From NCBI GenBank assembly GCA_964016885.1, contig OZ024743.1, forward strand, positions 376,154,001-376,218,000: a DNA stretch of 64,000 nucleotides. The letters run 5' to 3'. Every line of letters starts with the position of its first letter. Within the stretch, counting starts at the first letter, position 1. The notes under the pieces were generated by a model. The model had not been told where the DNA came from. It searched no databases and was given only the letters and a program-made list of their open reading frames with translations. The translations under genes and the position numbers were made by a program. Source of the stretch: Eledone cirrhosa (taxonomy: Eukaryota). Positions 41,106 through 54,553 of the stretch are shown here, piece by piece.

Positions 41106-44100
41106 TTCTTCTGGTTTTATAATTTCACAAAGTTTTACCAATAGAGAGAGAGTCGGTTTCTAACATAGACACAATACTCTCTCATTGGAATTTACACAAC
41201 ATCAACTAGGTAGATATGTATGTATGTCTGCATGCATGCATGTGTAGATATGGATGTTATTGTATGTGTGGATGTGTATGTTTTGAGTTGTATGTGTGCA
41301 TGTGTATATGCTTTGTATCTGTACATGTGTATATGCAGTTATTACATGCAACATTTTTTGAATGTTTTACATATTTTTACTGTTCCATTAATGGATTGTA
41401 CTTGTAATTTCCTAACTAGTTGTGTTCTTTCTGTTCCTGTGAAGCCTAGCTTCTCAAGATTTGTATTGAGGCAGTTACTAACATATCCCAGTGCCCCAAT
41501 AATCACAGGCATAAATCTGAAGGTGTAATCAGGGTGGAGTATCTGCAGATTTCTCATCAGTTCTGCATAAATATTCTCCTTTTCACTAATCTTTAATATT
41601 ATATTGGCATCTGCTGGGCAGCTAATTTCCACTACTGTGTATGCTTTCTTCTCCCTGTTCCATATCATAATATCTGGTCTGTTATGCCTGCATTTTATTG
41701 GGGTTTTTACTGGAACATTCCACCAGTACTCTTTCATATTATGTACATGGAAGTCTTCCACATTGTTGTAGCTTTTAATGTGTTTATTATCGGGGCTATC
41801 TTTTTTACGAACTGCATTGTACAGTGTTTTGGCCACTACATCATGCCTCATAGGTAGATAGTACCGCGATGACATCTTTGGATAGCTGCTGATGACATGG
41901 GTGATATCCTCGATGTTAGTTCTGCAGAGTCTGCACTTCTTATCACATCTAGGTGTTTTGCCTGCATCCCTATCTCTTTTGTGAATCAGGTATTTCGTGC
42001 TAATCTCCTGTTCTTGGATTGCAAAAGCGTATCCTTCAAAGTGGGAGCCAATATAGCGGTTGTTGGTCCAAGATAGACTACTTTCCTTATCTATATTACT
42101 CTCACTCTTGAGCTTCCTGGCAACATATCCATGCATGATATTTGCTGATAGGCATGCAGTTTTTCATCCATGGATTCACTGCGATACTGCTGAGCGACAT
42201 CCCTGGGTGTGAGTTTTTGATTATCACACAGGGAATATCTCTCAAGGAGTTCCTTCGCAACTCTCATGATCTTATCTGTTTCATGCAGATAGACTTGCTC
42301 GAGAAGCGGGCTCCTACGCTTCGAGGTTCGTAGATGTGGTCGGAGAGATATGATGCGACATTCAAATGTTGTCTGGACTGATGTTAGGCCTCTGCCTCAC
42401 TGCTTACGCTTCAAGTAAAGGCGGTCTATGTCACTGTTGATGTGGAAGTTTCCGGTGTTGTTCAGTATTTTTCGAGTTCCAATATGAACTGCTCGGATTT
42501 CGTCTATCGTCCAATTGAGTATTCCAAACGTTGATGTTAGGACAGGCACAGCAAACACATTGTGAGCCACTGTTTTGTTTTGCGCAGAGAGTTCCGATGA
42601 CCAGATCTTTCTTAATCTGGTGTAGTATTCCCTGGTTACGCGTTCTTTATTACAGATACCATTATAGGATATGTTCTCATCTATCCACAGGTATCTGTAG
42701 CAGTCCTCATCAGATATCGGTGAAACAGTTAGACCATTGATGACAATGTTGCTAGATTGGGTTGTTGTTTTTCCCCGCTTTACAGTCATGTATGAGCATT
42801 TATCTTGGCCAAACTCCATTCCTATATCCTTTGAGAACGTTGTAACCAGGTCAAGATTTTTCTTCATCCCATCCATGTTCTTGGCATAGAGTTTCAGATC
42901 GTCCACAAATAAGTTATGGGTTAGGTTCGTATTTCTGTCCTCCTGTGAGCCAATGATGTATCCCTCACATTTCTTGAGCAGAAAGGACAAGGGGTTTAAT
43001 GACAAGATGAACAATATCACAGAGAGACTGTCCCCCTGAAATATACCACTGCAATATTTTATTTTATCAGTAAAAATAGAGTCCCCCCTCTCTGTCTTTA
43101 ACCTTAGGATAGTAGCCCAAGAAGAAGACAGCCTCTCTATGGCTCTGACAATAATGTCTGGGACTTTAGCAAGTTGGAGGGCCTCTATCATCCAAGAGTG
43201 GGGAACAGAATCGAAAGCTTTCTTGTAGTCCAGCCAGACTGTAGTCATATTCCTCCTAAGTTGTCGCACCTCCGACATCGCAGTTTTGTTGATTAGGAGT
43301 TGTTCAGTACATCCCCAAACCCTTTTCTTTCCAGCTGCTTGTTCATCTGTGATGATGTTATTATTTTCACAGTGATCTTGGAGGAATAGGTTGAGGCAGG
43401 CTGTATACATCTTATACATCTGGTTCTGGCATGTAATGGGTCGGTAGTTTTTTGCCAAGTGGGTGTCTTTGTTCTTGGGGACCAGTAACGTTTGTGCTAA
43501 TGTCAACCATTCTGGTATAAGTGTATCTCCCTTAAGAACTTGTTGGTAGAGGTCAGTAAGATACCTCCGATAGAATATTAGTTTTTTGTACCAGTAGCCG
43601 ACAATCATGTCTCTTCCTGGTGTTTTCTTATCTTAGAGTTTTCCTATCACAGTCTCAAGGGTACCCTCACTTATTTCGTATGTTTTTGTTGTAGTGTAGG
43701 AGCAATAGTTCTTTCGGATTTCTCTTAGCCACACTGCATCTTGGTTGAAATTCTTCTTTTCACCCCATATTTTTCTCCAAAAGGAATCTGTCTTTCTGGG
43801 ATGTAGCCTCAGTGACACTTATTATTTTGCCCTTCATATCTTTATAGACTGATGTTTGGTTTCGTCTGAATCTTTTGTTAAGAATTTTTCTCTCATCTAC
43901 CTTCTTCAGGTATCGGCGTTTTTCGCTAACAGCTCTCAATTCTTGTTTGAGGGTGATCAGCTTATATTGGAGAGTTCTGGTTCTACTGTTACCAAACATC
44001 GTCTCTATTTTATTTTTCACTCTTTGTTGGTGAGGAGTGAGGTTTTTTTGTGTTTGTTTGCATGTAAGGAGCATTATCACATGTCCTATGTTTTTTCGTA

Positions 44101-45215
44101 GGTCAGCACTATTTTTTTCTATTTTAGTTATATATGATGGTAGTTTTGGTGGTGTTTTGTTCTTGTTAATATCTCTGCTATCACCAAGATAATGCTTCAC
44201 TGTCATTGCTAAGGCATATAAACAGGCGTTGATTTGCCAAAATGTTGGGGTTTTTATCCGTCGTAAATATTCTTCCCCTATTTCGTTAATAACACGTAGT
44301 ATTTCATTATTTGTTTTTTTATTCAACATTGTCATTTTAACACGTTCAGCCAGAGATATTTATACATGAGTTAATTTCTCTCTGGAAGATTTCGTTGAGG
44401 GAAATTTTCAATTGTTTATACTTTTGATTATCATTATCGATAGTATTTTCCACAACAGTCGAGGTAGACTCGGATGGTATATGTGGTGTCACATTTATTC
44501 GATTATTATTATTATTTCTTCGATTATTATTATTATCGATAGCGTTTTCCCCAGCATTCGAGGTAGACTTAGATGGTACAGGCATAGTTGTTTCAAGGCG
44601 CCGTTCGACCTGGCTGCTAGGAAGTCTAGTAGCATGGCGATCTGTAGCACGTGTTGTTGATTCCATGTTTGTTGTGGGGGACTTACAATTAATAATATTT
44701 ATCTTATTTTTACGTTCAACAAACGTCGCTTGTTGGCGTAATTATTTCGCTGTGAAATAATTAAGCTCTGGGTGCATTTCGTTCCAGTGTAGCTTCATAC
44801 TATTCATATAGCCAATGGAGGGATTGTTTTTTGCCATTTTATAACAATTAAATAAATCATTATTAAGTTCGCAACTCCAAGAGAAATGCGATTTATAATT
44901 TCGGTTTCTTCTGTAGCTACAACTGAATAAAGTTTGATTACCTTCTTTGTTATTTGTCTTCGATACTTCCTTAATTTTCTTGTTGATGTTGTGTTCAGCC
45001 ATGCTGTTTGTAGCAAATCCTTGTAAAATGAATTATGTATTTAGTCGGATATCTCTACGAATTCGAATAAAAGGTGTCTTCAGAAGGGATAGTTAGAAGA
45101 ATAACCAGTTATTCAACCTGGCTGTAGTTGTGGCATTACTGTCGGAGATAGTATTCATCTTAAATTTAATAAATAGTCTCCCACGCCAAAATATGCGACT
45201 GATCGCGTTGACTGA
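41106..45215 (-). mobile_element. Full-length decayed R4-type (RLE) non-LTR retrotransposon inserted in (TATG)n
   Basis: N-terminus FSWSCELN..CY..GY..W..HP. RT motifs NYRPITC, WLDYKKAFDSVPH, GIFQGDSLS and LFVDDLKL. CCHC and RPDI..VEISCP follow. Several frameshifts and stops are present. Confidence 0.93.
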
Positions 45216-45237
45216 TATGTATGTATATATGTATATG

Positions 45238-45269
<32 letters not shown>

Positions 45270-45320
45270 TGTATGTATGTATGTATGTATGTATGTATGT
45301 ATGTATGTATGTATGTATGT

Positions 45321-45923
45321 CAGGTCACCAGTTGGTGCTAATGGTAACATGTATCCCAGTACAACCTGTCTCATGGTCGGGTCGTTGGCTACTAAACTGG
45401 CAACCCCACCAAGGTTTCTTGGTGAGGAGGGTGACTTTGGACATCCTGCAGGACTAAAAACAAAACCTGTCAAAGGGCAAGGGAGCTCTTAAGAGTCAAT
45501 AGCCATCCAAAATCACCGGGAGAGATGACCCCTTAGCCTTTGTCAAGGTAGAATTCTAGGAGAAGGAAAACTCTGATATAACACCTGCAACCCTGATGGT
45601 ATCCAATGATGTTGACTTGTTCTTCTTTTTGGTAAATATCATCTTGGTTAAGAGAGTGGGACTGGCTTTGTGCATTGCCTTTGCTCACTATAAAAGCTTC
45701 ACAGCACAGGCATTGCTTTATATCTGGAGATCTCTCTGCACTTGTCATCACATGGTACCATGGGCCCTGCACTATGTGTTAATGGTCACAAGTGTAGTGT
45801 TTGTACCAGAGTTTTCAAGTCGCTGGCTGGACTAAAAAGTCACATTCGTTCAGCGCATCGGTAGGGGTTCTCCTACATGGATATAAAATAGTGGCCGTAC
45901 TCGAAAACGAGTTGGCAGCCACC
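45321..45923 (+). mobile_element. Bipartite RTE derivative, copy B
   Basis: Repeat of copy A. It encodes CSVCTRVFKSLAGLKSHIRSAHR*. Confidence 0.85.
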
Positions 45924-45989
45924 ATGTATGTATGTATGTATGTATGTATGTATGTATGTATGTATGTATGTATGTATGTATGTATGTAT

Positions 45990-46592
45990 GTCACCAGTTG
46001 GTGCTACTGGTAACATGTATCCCAGTACAACCTGTCTCATGGTCGGGTCGTTGGCGACTAAACTGGCAACCCCACCAAGTTTTCTTGGTGAGGAGGGTGA
46101 CTTTGGACATCCTGCAGGACTAAAAACAAAACCTGTCAAAGGGCAAAGGAGCTCTTAAGAGTCAATGGCCATCCAAAATCACCGGGCGAGATGACCCCTT
46201 AGCCTTTGTCAAGGCAGAATTCTAGGAGAAGGAAAACTCTGATATAACACCTGCAACCCTGATGGTATCCAATGATGTTGACTTGTTCTTCTTTTTGGTA
46301 AATATCATCTTGGTTAAGAGAGTGGGACTGGCTTTGTGCAGTGCCTTTGTTCACTATAAAAGCTTCACGGCACAGGCATTGCTTTATATCTGGATATCTC
46401 TCTGCACTTGTCGTCACATGGTACCATGGGCCCAGCACTATGTGTCAATAATTGTCACAAGTGTAGTGTTTGTACCAGAGTTTTCAAGTCGCTGGCTGGA
46501 CTAAAAAGTCACACTCGTTCAGCGCATCGGTAGGCGTTCTCCTACATGGGTATAAAGTAGTGGCCGTACTTGAAAACGAGTTGGCAGCCACC
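45990..46592 (+). mobile_element. Bipartite RTE derivative, copy C (tandem to B)
   Basis: Repeat of copy B, separated from it only by (TATG)n. Confidence 0.85.
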
Positions 46593-46717
46593 ATGTATGT
46601 ATGTATGTAAATGTAGGGAGAGAAAGAGGAAGAGAGTGATAGATATATCTATATAGAAAGCCACTCCGCTTGACTGCTGTATCAAACTAGCATTAGTAGT
46701 ATTGAGTGAGTGAATGT

Positions 46718-47050
46718 CGGGTCACTCTTGAGTGCTACTGGTAACATGTAACCCAGTACAACCTGTCGCATGGTCGGGTCGTCAGCGACTAAATTGGCAA
46801 CCTCACCAAGTTTACTTGGTCCCGTTCTCTTTAACATTACAACAAAACACATTAAAACAGAAACAGATCCCATAAAATTCAAAAGGTCTTTGGACAAATT
46901 CCTCCAAGAAATCCCGAATAAACCTCCCACAACTGGTTATATCTCCGTTCACAATAACTCTCTAGTTGAGTGAGCCATGGTGTCCAAATCCAGATTTGAA
47001 AGACTTCGCCAGGAGGTGCTATTAAGTTAGCAAAATTAAAGTTAAAGTTA
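46718..47050 (+). mobile_element. Diverged RTE-derivative 5' head (46718-46820) fused to a CR1-type 3' end
   Basis: The head matches 45323-45425. It is followed by GPVLFN..FKRSLDKFLQEIPNKPPTTGY..NSLVE* and an (aaagtt)n-like tail. Confidence 0.7.
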
Positions 47051-47242
47051 TATATATACTTCTATCGGTATGTTTACTTCATTTTTTCCTTTTTTTTTCT
47101 TCTTCCCTTCTCTTCGCTATCACTTCTTTACCCCATGGTCTTTTGATAGATAATAGGATCGATGTTCTGTCTTTATCCAAGATCCGTTCAGAACTAGCTG
47201 TCGAGACGGCCGGAGCTCATTCGTCGGGGTCCTGACTCTTTT

Positions 47243-47282
<40 letters not shown>

Positions 47283-47304
47283 TTGGTGCTCTGAAATAGC
47301 GATA

Positions 47305-47762
47305 TATATATGAATGTATATATAGTGTATTTTGCAATACACTATACTTAATTAAAAGCATTTTGAAGACCTTACGCTATTGTTTTAAAGTAGTGACTAT
47401 GTCACTTCTTTTTTCAACAAACAGAGGGAGATAAGTTGGCAGATCTCTGTTTCATACTGTTGGTATTCAAAGGTCTTCAAAATGCTTTTGAATAATGCTT
47501 TTGAATAATGCTCTATATTATCGGTTCCTGATTATTACTGGAATTCTATAAGAATCCAACATTCATAATTTTCAACAAACAAGGGGAGTGCTAAGCTTTG
47601 AAGAATACCAACAGTATGAAACAGAGATCTGTCAGCTTATCTCCCTTTGTTTGTTGAAAAAAGAAGTAAGTGACATCGTCACTACTTTAAAACAATAGCG
47701 TAAGGTCTTCAAAATGCTTTTAATTAAGCATACAGTGTATTGCAAAATACACTATATATACA

Positions 47763-47770
<8 letters not shown>
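47305..47770. mobile_element. Fold-back PLE pLTR relic with HHR at 47585-47646 (+)
   Basis: 47305-47468 is inverted relative to 47603-47770. The HHR reads TAAGCT-TTGAAGA-ATACcaacaGTAT-GAAA-CAGAGATCTG-TC^AGCTTA. Confidence 0.82.
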
Positions 47771-47833
<63 letters not shown>

Positions 47834-47945
47834 CTGAGTTTTCGAATATTAATAATAACATTCGATTCGTTTGCAATTTTGCAAACAACCCTCAATTTTA
47901 TAGCCATGTCAGTAGAATGAACACTTCATTCTTGCTCTTGTGTTG

Positions 47946-48008
47946 GCATGCGAACAGAACTGCAGACACTAATGTTTCTGGGTAACCCACCCTTCATCAG
48001 TACAGCTC
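47946..48008 (-). ncRNA. Canonical type I hammerhead motif in a ~190-bp PLE terminal fragment (47834-48020)
   Basis: GAGCTGTA-CTGATGA-aGGGTgggttACCCa-GAAA-CAttagTG-TC^TGCAGTTC. Confidence 0.85.
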
Positions 48009-48017
48009 ACTGTTCAG

Positions 48018-48061
<44 letters not shown>

Positions 48062-48678
48062 TGAAGTGGTCCTCATCAGTGATCTTCCAACCATCACAGG
48101 TATTTCTTCGCTTTAAAGATCATATACCTCCGGTTGGTGCGAGCAACGGCTAAAAAAAGTCGTTGGGACACGTAAATAAAGGGGACAGCGAGAGTGTAAA
48201 CAAACAAAGATGGTGAAGCAACGAAAAGTGAGGAAGAACGAGTCAAGTCCCAAATTTCCATGAATATAAGTTCGGTGAAATCGTGAACGAGAGAGAATAA
48301 AGACCATCAAACCTGGTTGGAATGTGAGCAAGGAAGGCATTCCGTACAGGTCTAACGGGAGGAAGAAGGAATCTAGTCTGTGAATTCGGTGAACATAAGT
48401 TCTGTGAAATCGTAGAAGAGAGAGAGAGAAAAAAGGCGAACCAGCCTGACCAAGCGTGCGAAAGAAAAGAATTACGCACAGGTCAAACGGGAAGAAGGAG
48501 GAGGAGGAGAGGTAGTAACAGAGAGTGAGTGAGTGAAGGGTGAGGAAGAGTCTAACAGAGAGAGTGACTATATATATATATATATATATATAACGAAGGA
48601 AATGTGGTAAGGAACTAGGTGGACCATAACGCACCAAAGTACTCAATACTTGAGGTAGTAGAGTATGTAATATATGTT

Positions 48679-48721
<43 letters not shown>

Positions 48722-48725
<4 letters not shown>

Positions 48726-48800
48726 CAGTTTCAGAAGGTCCCGTTAAGGGTGAAAGCACCGATTCTTTGCTTAAACTTTAATCTGTTATTTTAATAAATA
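48722..48800 (+). mobile_element. ~80-bp HHR-only derivative of family A
   Basis: Matches 2358-2430 and is flanked by (TA)n. Confidence 0.8.
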
Positions 48801-48810
48801 TATATATATA

Positions 48811-51138
48811 TAAATGAAATAAAATAACAGGAGGCTGGACTGGTGTAAATCCTTGAAAGGTTTATTATACTATGATCATTTCAATGACAGGGTTCCATAT
48901 GAATGTGATATCATCAGGTATTGGAATATAGCAAAGGAATATGTAAAAAACCATGGGTCCGAAAAATCAGAGACAGAGAGGACGACTGACCAACTAGCTT
49001 CTCGGCCAGTCGTCCTCAAAGTGTTGGCAACTGAAGCTACTAATGAATATCTGGTGAGGGGGCGAAGGCTTATAATACACTACCACCACTCCGTCAAAGA
49101 AGAAGGGGAAGAAAGAAAGAAAGGGAGAAAGAAGAGTAGTGTAAATGGTCATACTACATTCATGCTAGAAAATGCCGCGAAAAAATGCTACCCCAGAGAA
49201 TCTATAATGGGTGTCTGTATGGTCTAATGTGTGAACCGAAGATTGGAACGTTAAACTTATGTTGCGAGTTATAGGAAGAAATTAAATTAAATTAAAAATA
49301 ATTAAATTAAATTAAAAATTGCAAAATGATAAATTGCAAAATGATAAATTGAAAAATAAGTTATTAGAGAATTAAAGATTAAGGTAGCGAGATTTATTTA
49401 TTTAATGAACTTACGGAGAGAGTCTTATATGACAAAATTTATCTCGATAAGATATTAGGATGGGATATAGAGTAAAGATTTCGATTGGGAGTCCCAGCCA
49501 GCACAATTTCGACAGGCCATCGTCTATACCAAACGAATACTATTAAATCCCCCATGAGGGGTTTATTTACGTGCCAATAGAGGCATGATACAGCTAATAG
49601 TTATGCCTAAACCTGGAGTTTATAGGTATAAGTATAATGTGGCGGTCAAAACAGGCGGCGCGGTGGGACCGGGGCAAAGCAACCGCTCCGAGTAATTTCG
49701 TTTACCGAAAGAGGAGAAATTTATTTTTCCGAGCACTCAAGGAAGGCTGAACTTTCAGAGTGCCCAGCGCGCAGCCGGGAAAAGCCACCACACAAGTCGA
49801 AGGTAGCAACCCAATGAAAAGTGCAAATAGACCAAAATTATTTTAAAGTCCCAGTTAGTCCGGGTTATAAGTAGTGTGGTTCTTAAGTGGGTAGGGGGCT
49901 ATGAAAGGTGCATAATGACCTGAGTAAGGAAAGTTACCAAAAATACAAAGATAAAATACCAATATAGAGATAGAATACATTGATAAAAATACATTGATAA
50001 AAATACATTGATAAAATAATAAATAATAAAATAATAAAAAAATATACATTAATGAAATAATAAAAAATTAATTGTTTCTACTTTTGGCACAAGGCCAGCA
50101 ATTACCCAATGCATTACTGGTACTTTATTCTATCGACCCCGGAAGGATGAAAGGCAAAGTTAACCTCGGCGGAAATAATAAAAAATTAATAAAGGTAAAT
50201 AAGAATCAATATAGATCAAGTTGTAGTAAGATAATACAAGTTGTACATATAGATATAGATATAGAGGATGGAGGAGATGGAATGGTAACTGGTTGTACCT
50301 AGTGTAAAGTTCGGGTCTCCGAATTCAGTGCGAGTCACAAAAAGTCCTGAAGTATAGAGTAGAGAATTCAGTCAGTTCAATACATGTTTTAGTATAATAC
50401 GTAGAGTTTTGTCGGAATCGGAATCATCCCGACAAGGAAGTAGTATCAGCTGGCGGTAGATAAGGCGCAGAGCAGCCAAAATCCGAATGGTAAGTAGACC
50501 AGTTAATCCCATGCTGGCAATAGCTGTACACTGATATCAGTGCCGCTGTTCAATATTACATTTTGAAGTGCTCAACATTATTGGAGCATTATTTCTTTAG
50601 GTTTGTTGGTTCACCACTGGATAGAACTGGTCATTCCGTATGGTCAATCCTGGTGTAATATTGTGAAGAGTACTCAACGAAGTGCAGTTCACCCATCTTC
50701 GTTTGTGTAGTTGGTGGTGCGAATACGGAGTTAATTATAAATGAAATAAAATAACAGGAGGCTGGACTGGTGTAAATCCTTGAAAGGTTTATTATACTAT
50801 GATCATTTCAATGACAGGGTTCCATATGAATCCGGTGATATCATCAGGTATTGGAATATAACAAAGGAATATGTAAAAAACCATGGGTCCGAAAAATCAG
50901 AGACAGAGAGGACGACTGACCAACTAGCTTCTCGGCCAGTCGCCCTCAAAGTGTTGGCAACTGAAGCTACTAATGAATTATTTTATTTCATTTATAATTA
51001 ACTCCGTATTCGCACCACCAACTACACAAACAAAGATGGGTGAACTGCACTGCGTTGAGTACTCTTCACAATATTACACCAGGATTGACCATATGGAATG
51101 ACCAGTTCTATCCAGTGGTGAACCAAAAAACCTAAAGA
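48811..51138 (-). mobile_element. Non-coding PLE-structured element with direct pLTRs, an inverted 5' segment and HHRs
   Basis: 48811-49048 equals 50738-50978. 50979-51138 is inverted relative to 50594-50754. The HHR at 50794-50851 has stem III ATGATCAT. A SINE piece lies at 50070-50173. Confidence 0.8.
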
Positions 51139-51159
51139 TATATATATATATATATATAT

Positions 51160-51247
<88 letters not shown>

Positions 51248-51272
51248 GTGTATAATGGTAGCTATGGTGCTT

Positions 51273-51324
<52 letters not shown>

Positions 51325-51345
51325 AAGCACCATAGCTACCATTAT

Positions 51346-51712
51346 ACCCGGATGTGGCGCATGCGCAGACTGAGCACACAACACACACACAGAAACAAAA
51401 TGGCGTAGGACAGAACAAAGGAGAGGCACAGAAATAAAGAAAGGAATCCCCAGTCACTGAAGAGGTCACAGAGTGTGTGAGGAAAGAACTATGACTATAT
51501 ATAAACAACTATCTGGTTGTGGAACCAACCAACCAACCAGAAATTTATAAATTTATAAACTTATAAATTTATAAATATATAATAAATTGAAGTGAAAGCA
51601 ACTGGTGCCTGTGTTTCTTATTGGCAACATGACCCTCCCAAAGTATAACAATATCGGTTTCAAGACACGATTTCAGATAAAGAATCTTGCTAAACAAATT
51701 CAGAAACGAAAT
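51346..51712 (+). mobile_element. Solo pLTR of family C
   Basis: Matches 29071-29440 and ends in (TA)n. Confidence 0.9.
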
Positions 51713-51765
51713 ATATATATATATATATAGTTAAAAGAATAGAGGTGTAACACACAAGTTATTAT

Positions 51766-52779
<1,014 letters not shown>

Positions 52780-52867
52780 AAAAAGAGATGAAATCGAAAA
52801 TGCAACTGGAGTATTATTTTTTTTATTTTTTTTATTTTTTTTTTTAAATATATATATTTATTTGGTT

Positions 52868-52905
52868 CCTTTACCGGTTTCGCAGTTCTTCTGCTTTTCA
52901 AAAGG
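52868..52905 (-). ncRNA. Minimal hammerhead with U3-A8 covariation
   Basis: CCTT-TTGAAAA-GCAGaagaaCTGC-GAAA-CCGG-TA^AAGG. Confidence 0.78.
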
Positions 52906-52940
52906 TGAGTTGAGATGGAGGGTCTGTGGTTTTTCTCACA

Positions 52941-53808
<868 letters not shown>

Positions 53809-53847
53809 TATATATATATATGTATATATATATACATATATATACAG

Positions 53848-53894
<47 letters not shown>

Positions 53895-54056
53895 TATACA
53901 TATATATATGTGTATATATATATATGTATATATATATATATACATATATATGTATATATACATATATCCTTACGGGGTCGATAAAATAAAGTACCAGTAA
54001 TACACTGACAAATTTGCTGGCCTTGTGCCAAAAGTAGAAACAATATATATATATAT

Positions 54057-54135
54057 ATTTATTAAAATAACAGATTAAAGTTTAAGCAAAGAATCGCTGC
54101 TTTCACCCTTAACGAGATCTTCTGAAACTGAAATA
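54057..54135 (-). mobile_element. ~80-bp HHR-only derivative of family A
   Basis: Reverse complement of 48722-48800, with the same atttcagtttcagaag boundary. Confidence 0.8.
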
Positions 54136-54145
54136 TATATATATT

Positions 54146-54178
<33 letters not shown>

Positions 54179-54522
54179 ATAAACGGAAAAATTCCGTTTA
54201 TCGTTTTCGGTGCACCCGGCCGATTAACCCACTCGATATGCAAATTTCGGACGTTCAATCATCTGGCAGGAAGGTATACGTAGCTGACGATAGCTAATAA
54301 GATTGAAACTAGTACAGCGTTCCTTTGTCAGTGTTGAACAAACGAGCAACCGTGGTTGCTGGACACTACGGCTTAATACCGGGATGTTTGTTTACAAACA
54401 CACCGAGCATTATAATAAATGTTCGGTGAATCCATACGTACATATATATATGTGTACATGTATGTATATATATATATACTACTGTACGTCTGTATACATA
54501 TATGTATGTACGTATACATACT

Positions 54523-54547
<25 letters not shown>

Positions 54548-54553
<6 letters not shown>

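Noticed and set aside
45323-45460. HDV-like or twister ribozyme call
   Set aside because: A P1-like helix exists, but P3/L3/P1.1 and the twister consensus could not be fitted. It is kept only as a structured-RNA candidate.
47185-47245. Hammerhead in the agaactagctgtcgagacgg repeat
   Set aside because: It has only a GAGAC..GTC resemblance, with no CUGANGA box or consistent stems.
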